Assembly: GCF_024521635.1 (NCBI RefSeq)
Contig: NW_026250450.1
Location: forward strand, 1-64,000
DNA: 64,000 nt
Origin: Tricharina praecox
Lineage: Eukaryota
Reading direction: 5' to 3'
Positions 37,950-48,615 of the stretch are shown here, one piece after another (position 1 is the first letter of the stretch; every line of letters starts with the position of its first letter). The position numbers were made by a program, and so were the translations under genes. The notes beneath the pieces were generated by a model. It saw only the letters and a list, made by a program, of their open reading frames with translations, was not told where the DNA came from and searched no databases.

Positions 37950-39207
37950 TCAGGCAAATCACTTTATCGTTAGCTATGACTTTCGACAGCCGAATGACTC
38001 AGGAGGGAAGAGGGCATGCCTAATGGAGGTATATACGTGCCTACGCCTTTCTGCTTCTGGGCGACCTGCGCCCGTATAATGTTCCCCGCCAGCGGGGAGT
38101 CGGCAGCAGTCGCTGCCAGCAAATCGTCTCCAGTTTAAAACTGGGAAATGGCTAGCAGGCAAAACACTGTTCAACATTAGCCAAGTGTCCAGCAGCAACA
38201 ATGATAGTACGCCACTTCCGGTCGGGGGTAATTCTTACTTGCCCAAGCCATCCTCCTTACTGCACTGATCCATGCGTCCTTCTGGCCGGCTCGGATAGAA
38301 ATTTCCATTCTCGTAGCGGTGGATCGACATGTACAAGACACTGGGATCGTTGTAGTAGGCTGTCTGCGTGCCATTTCAATTCTTCCCGCCGCAGCGGGGA
38401 GCCGGCGGCAGGCACATCACTAATCATCGTTAGCTACGACTTTCGTAAGTGACTCAGGCGGAAGGGTATGTGGAAAATGGAGGTACATACGTGCCCGCGC
38501 CTGGCTGGGCGACCTGCGCCCCTATAATCCTCCCGCCAGCGGGGAGCACCCCCCTAGAATCCGTCCGTCGTGTCAGTATCCAAGTCAATCAAACCCAAAA
38601 CCTCTGACTCCTCCGCAGCGCCAATACACTTACCCAGAATCAACACCTTCTTGCAAGTTTCCGGGTACTGCTTCTGTGCTACTTTGGCCGCCACAATGAC
38701 GTTATTCAGGAGACACAACCCCATCGCTCTATTCAGCTCCGCGTAGTGCCCCGGAGGGCGCACAATCGCGATGGCGTTCTTGGCCTTGCCAGAGAAAACC
38801 GCCATGCAACTATCGATTGCGCCACCGCAATAGAGTCGTGAGTAGAGGAAAGACTCTGGATCAAAATAAAGCGAATGTTCTTTCCTCGACAGTCGCGGGG
38901 AGCCGTCAGCAGGCACATCACTATTCATGGTTAGCTACGACTTTCAAAAACCGAATGACTCAGGCGCGAAGGGGGTCTGGACTGTGGAGGTACTTACGTG
39001 CCTGCGCCTTGCTGGGCGGCCTGCGCCCCTAAAATCCTGCCCGCCAGCGGGGAGCACCCCCCCTATAATCCGTCCGTCGTGTCAGTATCCAAATCTGTCG
39101 AACCTATAACCTCTTACTCGTCCGCAGAGGTAACAAACTTACTAATGGAAAGACAAAAGCATCATCGCCCTATTGGGATTCGCGTGGTGCCCCAAAGTTC
39201 GCATCAT
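37950..39207 (-). pseudogene. Fragments of a class II histone deacetylase (Hda1/Clr3-like) gene interleaved with a triplicated module
   Basis: 38920-38634: SLYFDPESF...CGGAID...AKNAIAIVRPPGHYAELNRAMGLCLLNNV..AAK...CKKVLIL, then a GTAAGT intron. ~38375-38240: [28 protein letters not shown]...DGLGK, then GTAAG. 39207-39143: a second degenerate GHHA..NRAM copy. The DWDxHH motif is absent and spliced frames are closed. Confidence 0.85.
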
Positions 39208-40179
39208 TGCGATGGTTGAACTTTTGAGAGGCGAGGGTGGAGAGTGGGTGAGGGAGGAGGGGAAGGTTAGCGAGATGGCGAAGGGGGAGGAGAGGATAGT
39301 TGCGAAATGAAGAAGGAAGAAGGAGAGAAAGGTTAGAAAGATGATAAAGGAGGATGATGAGGAAGATGAAGGAGGATAATGAGGAAGATGAGAGAGATGA
39401 GAAAGATGGGGAAGGAGGAAGGGAGGGAAGGAAGGGATGGCGGGGAAGGGAGGGGGTTTTATTGTGCGGGGTTGGCCCACACAACAACCCACAGTGCGCC
39501 TGCAGTGACTGCTACCGCTAACCGTTTGCATCGCCGTTGTAGGATTAAAACCTCACCACAACTCAAAAGTGATGGTACCCTCGCCGCGTATTGATACGTA
39601 TCCCCGTGACTAACCCGAACTACACACTTGCAATCAACGTGCGAATGACGTAGTCATGCACAGGTTGTGATAGAATGTACTTGTGTTGTGTACTTTGCAG
39701 CCTCTTCTTCTGTCCTGTCGTAGAGCGCTTCATTTCAGGCAGAGGTAGAATGTCTTCCGCAGCATCGGTACTCCCGCTTTCTGCATTCCTCGACGCTCAT
39801 GCTACCATCCTTCGCTCAAGCTATCTCCATCCGTGTCATCGGTTGTTTCAGCGGTCTTAATCAGAATGGAGCTGCAATCAATAGACTCCAGAGATTCAAT
39901 ACAGCTGCCGTGAAGCCAAACCACATACTCCACACCTACAGCCTACCAATAGGTAAATATTCGTTCATACGTGACACGTCTCTAGAAGAAAGAGAGAGAC
40001 AGAGAAATCTTCAGTTTGTCTCGCATGCAGCCTATCTAGACTATGAAGAGCCGTCGCACTGCTTTCCTGCCCATTCTGGCTGGCCGTGTGTTGAGATCCC
40101 GTTACCAGCCAGCAAGATGTGGCGCCACTGCCTTCCAAACAAATAACAAAGGAATCGCACTAACACAAAATCACTGGTG

Positions 40180-40310
40180 ACTGCATATCCTCGTTTCTTA
40201 CTTCCTCGCACCGGTCGCAGACGCGGCACCCTGCTGGGCACTCTTGTTCTGCCCCCGATCCGATGCTTTCCTCCTCCTGCCCCTCCTCCTCCTCCTATAG
40301 GTCTGGTCGA
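40180..40310. repeat. Dispersed ~130-bp repeat, copy 1 (copy 2 at ~61738-61872)
   Basis: GCATATCCTC..TACTTCCTCGCACCGG.CGCAGAC.C.GCACCCTGCTGGGCACTCTTG.TCT.CCCC.GAT.CGATGCTT...AGGTCTGGT.GAGC occurs at both sites. Confidence 0.8.
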
Positions 40311-40961
40311 GCGGACCCTCAGAGAAGAAGCAGACGACCTTGAAACCGGTCTTCGAGGCAGCGAGTAATCGCGATGATGAATTCGAGAGATAGTATTCGT
40401 ACGAAAGGCAGCGGCAAGCCGTGCAGATCCTGCTTGTAGTATAATGTAAGCCTTGATCGCACAGGACCAGAGCTGTGATTACGAAACGCTCATGCTGAGT
40501 GGCGTGACATGCGCCGATAGTATCGAGGGCATTATCGATCCTAAGTTCCTCCCCGCTGGACGCAGTCCTACCATGGGCCGTATCCTCCTTTTTCGGTCTC
40601 ACAACATTACATAATTGGACGATTACTTGGATATAGCCGGCTCAGTTCAGGAAACTTTTTTTTAATCATCAATTACTTGCGACCTCTGAGTTTAGAATAC
40701 GGATATCTGCAGCACAAAACCGCTAGCGGTGCGAGTGATAGTCATGTTGACCAGGGGCTTCAGTGCCCTAACTCATCTGTGTCTCTGTGGGGCGACTGAT
40801 CACACATCCGATTTTGGTGACTTTGTTTTCTAGCCGCCCGCCTCAGTTAAGACCCCTCCGTTCTTTCCTCCCTTCTCCTTCCATCTATCCATCCTTTCTA
40901 CATCCCCACGACCTCCTACGACACAACCACGACCCAATCCAACCCAACGACCGTCGACAAA

Positions 40962-41513
40962 ATGCGTTTCAGTATCAGCATTCTCGCTACCATCATGGCC
41001 TTCGCGGTCCTCGGCTCAACCAGCGCCATCAAGCGTTCCGACCCGGTCGAAAAGATGATGGATTTCCCGTACCTCCCGATCGACGGCGTCGACTTCGCTC
41101 CTCCCCCCGGAGCCGCCTTCCACCAGCACCTAGTGAACGTCACCGCTGGTCCGGGTAACATGTACACGTTCTCGACTCTTACCGACGCTGCGGTCCCCTG
41201 GGAGCTCGGCAAGTTGGTCTGCGAGACCTCGTCCGCATCGCCCACCAGCTGGGAAATCCAAAACGTCGTCTTCATTGTCTCCCAGCGCAAGGAGTGCAAG
41301 CAGCACAACCTTCTCGGCAGCAAGTGCACCACTCTTGCCAAGTGGAATGGCGCCGATGCCTCCCTGTGCGGCAAGCCGAAGGGTTGGGTCGCCTGCTCCT
41401 CTGTCGCTTGGGCCCTCCAGCAAGTCGAGAAGTTTTGCATCAAGTCGAACATCGATCGCGCCGGCGGCAGGTTTGAGTACCAGGGCAAGAGCTTGAGGTC
41501 ACAGGTTCATTAG
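40962..41513 (+). CDS. Small secreted Cys-rich effector-like protein, 183 aa (CETSxASP family)
   Basis: Signal peptide MRFSISILATIMAFAVLGSTSA followed by KR; 6 Cys in the C-terminal ~100 aa; strong C-ending codon bias; AAA-ATG context; collinear with the pseudogene at 18991-19508. Confidence 0.88.
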   Translation: MRFSISILATIMAFAVLGSTSAIKRSDPVEKMMDFPYLPIDGVDFAPPPGAAFHQHLVNVTAGPGNMYTFSTLTDAAVPWELGKLVCETSSASPTSWEIQNVVFIVSQRKECKQHNLLGSKCTTLAKWNGADASLCGKPKGWVACSSVAWALQQVEKFCIKSNIDRAGGRFEYQGKSLRSQVH

Positions 41514-41732
41514 GGGTTACGTGGGGGAGATAACACAAATTGGGGCTTGCGGGATGGTGGGATAATAAAAAATTGACCGCCTGATTTACTTTGTCTTTAT
41601 TGTGATATGATCCTACTGTGCTGTGTGTGCCATTCCGTCGTGTGTAGATAAACATTGGCAGCCATATGCTGCAGACCCCACCATATCGTGGACTCGCTGC
41701 CACGATGTTAGGGCCAGCTGGGACCAGGGTGC

Positions 41733-41824
41733 GATTGTACTGTTTGGTTTGTTTTGATTGTACTCTTTCGTTTGTTTTGAATGTACTGTTCGATTTGTTT
41801 TGATTGTACTGTTTCGTTTGTTTT
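41733..41824. repeat. 23-bp tandem repeat x4
   Basis: Units like GATTGTACTGTTTCGTTTGTTTT start at 41733, 41756, 41779 and 41802. Confidence 0.9.
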
Positions 41825-41879
41825 GATCCGTTTTGCTGGTCTGCACGGCGCTGGTACGGTCCGTGGAGGCAGCTCCACG

Positions 41880-42420
41880 GTGTCGGCTCTAGTTAGATCG
41901 GCCAACTTGGCCTGTCCCTGCAATGAAGGTAGAGCGCACCAAGGAAACAACAATTCTAGGAAAAGACTTCTTCCGCTCCCTGTCCCTACTCCCGTACGCC
42001 TGCTGCCACTTCCAACGGGGATGCCATGAAAGAAGGTGTGGAGAGGATCAGCGGGCCGGAGCCCGGCTCATCAACCTCAGCATGTTTCACCTCCTCGAGT
42101 CACCTTAGCTCCGCTCTCTCTTCCCGCTGCCTGAGCTCCCACTCGGATGCTTCGCTCTCTGCATCTTCGTTAGCGGACTTAGGTATCCGTCTGCCCACAC
42201 TAGTAAAAGTGAGGAATTGTAGAATCGCCTTGCTGCAGCGCTCGTCTGCGAAGAGGTCCCGGATCTTGAATCGATCTTTGCCCCTCCTCGTTTGCTCCCG
42301 GACCTGTACCCACAGAATTTTCTGCCGGCTCTTCGATTTGGGGCAGTTCTTGAGCCTGAGCCCAGGTCTCAACGTCGACTAAGGGCCCGCTCTTCAGTAT
42401 CCAGTGACACGAGTGATAGA
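41880..42420 (-). mobile_element. Non-LTR retrotransposon (Tad1-like LINE) 3' fragment
   Basis: KNCPKSKSRQKILWVQVREQTRRGKDRFKIRDLFADERCSKAILQFLTFTSVGRR...AESEASEWELR resembles the post-zinc-knuckle tail of fungal LINE ORF2. The downstream sequence matches the 3' region of the copy at 43040-43693. Confidence 0.7.
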
Positions 42421-43039
42421 CCATGCACACTTCGACTCACACTCCCACAACTCCGAGTCCATACGTAGTACGTACGGCATCTAGGTAGGTTGATGTGAGC
42501 CAGCGAGCGTGGCACACATTCCTTCAGCACAGATTGCCTATTGCATCAGAAGACACCAGCACATGATCTATTGCTATGATCCGAGCGGAAAAGATGATGT
42601 AATCGATTACGAGGTATGATTCGTTAGTGAAAACAGTGCCTACCGACTGTGGGGCGTCATGGTGATAGCTGGCAGTGATGGATATAGACACTGGCACTGC
42701 TTAATGTCCTGTTTTTTTGTTTTTTTGCTGGACTGCTTCATCCCACTTCCTCGAGCTCAGATTTTTGGGCGATCAAATTTCCATCCGTCATCGTTCTGTC
42801 AGTACCAGTGCATGCAACATCCCAGCTCCATCAAAGCCAGCCCTCAGCCCGGTGCGTGTAGCCCAGCCCGCGGCCCGGGCTGGGCTACTCTTGGCAGCCC
42901 AGCTTTGAGCAGCCCTCCTTATTTTCGTCATTCATTTATTGCATGCGACCTATCTGGATCATAGCAATATCATCTACCCGTGCACCCCTTCGGTTCCACG
43001 CCACTGTCCAACCCAACTTTCATCAGGCAGCCCGATGTG

Positions 43040-43693
43040 GATTCCCCGGCCCTCCGCCCTGGCCTTTCCCGACAGTATATGAGCGCACCAAGCAGAGGCA
43101 GAACTACTTAGGAAAGGGCAGCGATCGTTCCCCGCCACAAGCGTCTCCACCACTCACCTGCCCCTTGCATCCGCCCCCCCGCACCGCGCACCCTCACACC
43201 CGCACCCGCGCCCGCACCAGCGCCCGCGCCCATCGACGCCATCGAGTCGTCCCACCTCCACCGCAAGTCTGTGGTCCGCTATTCTACGTCGCTTGGCTCC
43301 TCAGCTGCAGCCCCCTCCTCCTCGTCGACTTCGGCATCCTCCTCTTCCTCCTTCTCGAGTTGCCTCAGCTCAGCTGTCTCTTCGCGGCCCCGAGCGCCCA
43401 CTTAAATGCCTCGCTTCGCTGCATCTTCTTCATCCTTCTCTGGGATTGGTACTTGTGGCGAGTGACCTCTACTCCGCGAGCGGTCGGTTGGCCAGCTGCC
43501 AGTTTGGCCAATTCGTCCGCCTTCGCGTTCCCAGGAACATCTTTGTGTGCTGGGCACCAACTGACCTCGATGGCGATTCCCGGCTCTCTTCGGCGGTTGG
43601 TGGCGAGGTGTTTCCGTGCCTGGAGGGCGTACTGTTGGCTGGGGCTGGGCTCATTGTGAGTCAACCTCCTGATGGTAGCTTGTGCGTCGGTGT
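43040..43693 (-). mobile_element. Non-LTR retrotransposon fragment: RNase H fused to the C-terminal tail and 3' region
   Basis: TDAQATIRRL...EVSWCPAHKDVPGNAKADELAKLAA (cellular-type RNase H motifs), an SEAFKWAL-type tail, then TTCCTA..CTTGGTGCGCTC..GGGA.AGGCCA shared with ~41900-41965. Confidence 0.8.
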
Positions 43694-44609
43694 TATAATG
43701 ACTATGTCTAGGATATAGCGTCGGTGGAGCAATCTTCGACACGAGTGATAAGAAGCCGCTTAGGAAAACGCACAGAGTGTCATACTATGCACGAATCATC
43801 AGTGCCAGCGGAAACCGTGACTGACTGCGCACAACTGGCGATGGCGATGATACTACCACGGTTTCATGTTTCGTACACTACCGGCCGCACTCACCGACGC
43901 GAGCGAGTACCTAATCGGCCCGTGGCCCCTCAGCTAGAATCCCACCGGTGAACAGCAGACTGGACAACACCTCACGGCCATGATTTCCACCAAGACGTCA
44001 CGATATCACGATTTTCCTCAGCGACGGAGACGTGCTCGGAATCCTACTAGAACCGAGGATCCTCCCAATGCGAACTCCACCGCTTAGTTACTACGAGAGT
44101 ATCGCAAACGGAGCGAACGTGCAGCGACGACGATTTACTCATCCAGCGACCCCTATTATTGGCTGGCGGCACCTCGGCCACAATGCTATCGACGAGCAGC
44201 TCGGCCAGTATTCTATCGGAAGCCCTTCTATGCGCGAGCGGCCTCTTTGCCAGTAGCTTATCGGTGACCCTCACATCGGTGAGTATCCCATCGGGGACCC
44301 TACCATCAGCACGGCGAATTACTTATATACATGCAGCCCTACAGCAGCCAACGGCGTCACTACCCCCTATGGGATACCCGGCGAGTTGTGTACTGCCGAC
44401 GAGTGTCGCATACGGATACCCTATGGTCGGCACGGAGATGGGCGTACCTACAATGGAAGGCATACCGTATGTCGGGTGTGGGTACCCTACGGACGGCCCT
44501 GAGATGTGCGTACCTATGGAAGACATGCTGAGAGAATCGGATGCGTGCAGAGGGTCTACGGTCAGCGTGCCTACGGAAGCGGAGCAGTTGAACGCGGCTA
44601 GTGGCCACC

Positions 44610-46083
44610 GACTTCCTGAAACCGGAAGAGGAACCGGTATGTGCAGAAGAGCTGCAAGAACCACCCCCACCCCCACCCCCACCCCCACCCCCACTCCCAC
44701 CACCACCACCATTACCACCACCACCATCAGCTTCACCTCCACGAAGGTTAACGAGAAGTCAGTGGTGGGTGGAAGAATTCACCGCCCTCGCAGCTGAGGC
44801 ACACGTTGACGATCACCTGCGTCATACAACGAGGCATTGAGCGGCCCTCTGCACAGGCCACTATAATGGGTGGAAGATCGATCACCTTGACGTCGTCACT
44901 GCGTGCTTCAACATGGCGATTGATACCGAGGTTTCCATGCAACTTCCAAACGGAATCGAGTGGCTTGAGTCCACAACCGATCTAGCCACGACCGGCGGCC
45001 TGATTGATCCATCGCTATCAACCAGCCGGCGTACATCAACACGATTGCCACACGGTTCGGCATAGAAAACGCGAATACGGAACCGCCGCCACTATATGAC
45101 AAGACCAGACTCGTCATTGGTGCAGACGAGTTCCGCTCGATCTATTGGCCTCCACCGTTGCGAGTATGGTCCCTCTGCGGAACAAGTTACGGAACTTAAG
45201 AACCACCTTCACGCCAAATCCATTATCATAGATGACGGATCTCGGTCCAGCGCGCTGCATTCTCAGAATCAAAATCGAGCGAGACCGAATGAACCGAACC
45301 CTGTGTATCCATAAACAGCGACCCAGTCGAAGCTCCTCGCTACCTACGCCCCTTCGGTATCTACCGCAGACGACATGAACCTCCCTGTTGGCTATGCAGA
45401 CTCAGACTCTGCCAGAGACGGAGACGCAGCCTCTGCCAAAGACGGAGACGCAGACTCTGCCGGATACGCAGGCGAGCGAAATCGACATCCGGATATGTCC
45501 AAACCGCCAGCCGGACAGGGTGCCAGTGAAACGCAATCCAGACAACCTAGCCAATATCATGACGGAAGCCCTCCCACGAGAGAAACACCAGCATTTCGCT
45601 AAAGGTATTGGTCTACATGCATAGGGCCCGTGTGCAACCTTTCTCGCTATCCGGCAGCGGCCCCTCGTCCGGTGCCCCTTGTCAAGCAGTGGCCCCTCCC
45701 CCTGCAGCGGCATCGGCCCCGGCGGTGCTACGCTTTGACAAAGTCTTACTGTACTATTTTGGATTTTCAGCGAGTTGGTACTCTTTCCGTAGGCAGGTTT
45801 CTCGCACGGGGCTTGCTGCATAGGTTTTCAATGAGGCCCACGGGGAGTTTCACCGTTTTCATTATCGACTGCTTTCAATGTTTCTCATACCTATCTTGCT
45901 TGCCTCGTTCAATGCTTGCAGTTAGTAGGCAGCAAGAGGGAAAGTATTGCAATATCTGTCTAACTTAGCCATGGTGAAGGCACGAGCCTTTACCCCTATT
46001 CCTATATATCTTCTGTTCTCACGCGGCCACAGCCTTACACTTCAATAATACACTGTTCACCGGATGACCCCAGTGTTTCAACA
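44610..46083 (+). mobile_element. Internally deleted Ty1/copia relic related to the element at 48355-53537, with PPT and 3' LTR (45945-46083)
   Basis: Collinear blocks: PEEEPVCAEELQEP (cf. ~51200), WKIDHLDVVTA (cf. ~51840), YINTIA.RFG.EN (cf. ~52290), NLANIMTEALPREKHQHFAKGIGL (cf. ~53000), the 3' UTR, PPT AAGAGGGAAAG and LTR TATTGCAATATCTGTC...TTTCAACA. Confidence 0.9.
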
Positions 46084-46659
46084 CCTGCTCAAAAATAGCC
46101 GTCTAATGACACTATGCACTGATCATAGTTGCCAGCGGAAGCCGTGCCTGACCGCGGTGGCGATGATAGCATCATAGCTTCACTTCCTGTAAACTGCCGG
46201 CCGCACATACCGACTGGAGGAGGCCACGGTTGTAGACTTGTAGTTATGATGGAGATAGAACCAGCACTGTACACTGCCCCCTTTGACCCAGGTTTGTTGT
46301 TTTGATTGCTTGATCCGATTGCCTCGAGCGGGGATTCTCGTGCGCGGATTATCAGATTCTCGGTCTCAATCAGCCATCTGTCGTGTGAGCAAGGTCGGTA
46401 CGAACATGTATCATGTGTGTGTGAGTAGGCGCCGCCTTCGAGTCGTCGAGTCTCCGAGTGTCCGAGTCTTTAAGTCTTTGAGTCTTTGAGTCTTTAACTC
46501 TCCAACACGCCCGACCAGGAAAATGCACCGAACAGGAAAACACGACGAGTAACATCCTTCCTTGTTCCCTTCTCCGTACCTTTTACAACAACAAATACAA
46601 CCCCATCCAACATTCCGCCTCCCCCCTTCGTGTCGACCCACTCAAAGAAGGTTACCCCC

Positions 46660-47838
46660 ATGACATCGCGCTACATGAAGCGGGCAGCAAGCGAGCTGGC
46701 GGACAACCCGCCAACTCTACGTGGGTATGATAAGTCAAACTGGGCACGTGGTTCCGTTGATGGCGACATAGACGGTAGTGCTAATCAACTTCATAGTGGT
46801 GGTGGTTGTGGATTCAATCGGCAACGGGGCCGGACACGTTCGGGCTCGTCTGGGGCTATGCGCCCTGGACAGGCTGGTGGGATAATCCCCGTTACTGCCG
46901 AGCAGACCAGACCATCGCTGCCTACCTGGGTATGTCCCCTCTCCACCTATACCTCATTAAAGGAGATGCTGACAGTAGCGGCGGATGCAGAGGGGGAGGG
47001 AAGCCCCGAGAGGCAGCGTGACACCGGATCACCATCGCCCGAAATCAGGAAGCTGCCTCTGTGAGTGAGGATAGCGATCAGTCAAGTGACAGCAGCACTG
47101 CAAGCAACACCTACGCCAACAGTGGCTGTCAGGATCCAAACGTCATCACCGTCGCCCAACTCCGGGATGTCGCAAGGGACAATGGTGTCCGCTTTCACAA
47201 AAAGGATCGCAGGGCGGAGATGGTCCAGATCGTGTCTCAGTGGATGACTGATCAATCGCGTGGAGGACACTAGCTGTGATGACCTCAACACTCGCCTCGA
47301 TATCTTGGAAGATATGTCGGTGTGGGATCTCTCTCGTCATCAATTTTTCATGTTAGCTTTTATTTGCCAATCGTTATAGACGGTGGTGCTAATCAACTTC
47401 ATAGTGGTGGTGGTGGCGGTTTGAACCCGCAACAGGGCCCGACAGGTTCGGGTCCGTCGGGCGCTATGCCCCTCACTTACTGGTGGGATAATTCCCGGAA
47501 ATGCCATGGGCAGACCATTCACACTAACTTGGGTATGTCCCCTCTCCTCCTGTACCTCATCAAAGGAGATGCTGACAGTAGCGGCGGATCCAGCGGGGGT
47601 GGAAGCCCTGAGGGGCAGCATGACATCAGAATGTCTGACGCAGCTGCGGCTGCAGGTGGCCGATAGGAATGAGCAGCTCAAAGCTGCGGAAATGGCGATC
47701 CTGGCATTGAAGGACGAGAAGCGACAAATGACGGTGAAGTCAACAACGTATAGCTGGCAGCTAGTAAGACTTGAAAGCAGTACACCAGCTGCCGGCAACT
47801 TGAGATCAATAAACCAGCAGCCGGGGGTGCAGAAGTAA
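46660..47838 (+). pseudogene. Gene relic with a duplicated ~260-bp exon-intron block and a possible HeH/SAP-like motif
   Basis: ~46767-47025 and ~47376-47625 are homologous, and both contain GTATGT..GCTGACAGTAG. The intervening frame reads ITVAQLRDVARDNGVRFHKKDRRAEMVQIV. Confidence 0.4.
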
Positions 47839-48354
47839 TGATTGGCTGGGAGAATATTTGCTCCGCCGGGCTTCTTAATTAGCAGTGTTGGTTAGCCGTT
47901 TAATGATGTTTTACTTTGTTCTTATGCTACGACTTCTATTTATGCATGTTGGGATGTGATGAATAGGTATTCTATTGAGGAAGTTATAAGCCTGGAGTGA
48001 AGACGGTAGAAAAGCGTGGCAGGAGACCCGCGCCTCCCGCCGTCATGAGTCACGATCGACTAAGCAACGGATGAGAAATTATGTGATATTCCAAGCCCGC
48101 ACCATGACTCTTTGTGATCCACATGGACGTGAGAGTTTCAATATTCATTGCTCAGTTTATTACACTCACTGTCGTCCTATATCGGACTTATATACGGCGA
48201 ATACACACGGTTCCAGTTGTGTTGGATGATGAATCATGAACGAGTTAATCATATGAGAGTTTGTAGCCTCGATAGAAGACAAAAAATAGTATTATTGGGC
48301 CAGTACCCTCCACTATCATGTCTGAGCAAGCAACTTTACGAGAAATTTGAAGTC

Positions 48355-48499
48355 TGTTGCAATATCTGTCAAGTTTAGTCATGGTAGAAGGCACGGGCTT
48401 TTACCCCTATTCTCATATCTTCTGTTCTCTCCAGGCTACAGCCTTACACTTCATTGCAATACTGTTCACCGTCACATATCTTACTCTATTATTTCAACA
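48355..48499 (+). repeat. 5' LTR (145 bp)
   Basis: TGTTGCAATA...ATTTCAACA; 8 mismatches against the 3' LTR by manual alignment. Confidence 0.95.
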
Positions 48500-48513
48500 G
48501 GTTATTAGCCCGG
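48500..48513 (+). promoter_or_regulatory. Primer-binding site, half-tRNA-iMet type
   Basis: GGTTATTAGCCCGG directly abuts the LTR. It resembles the GGTTATG(A/G)GCCC PBS of copia/Ty5-type elements rather than a TGG- PBS. Confidence 0.7.
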
Positions 48514-48615
48514 CCCAGCGCCTCAAGTAATAACCGCGACCGATTACCTCTACCATACCTCAAAAACCCAACCACCAGCATACCCTCGACGGCGATTCCT
48601 AGTTGCACATACAAA

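Noticed and set aside
39143..39207. A functional chimeric HDAC-derived protein starting at ATG 39207
   Set aside because: Splicing exon 1 to exon 2 creates TA|G, and later junctions also give stops or frameshifts
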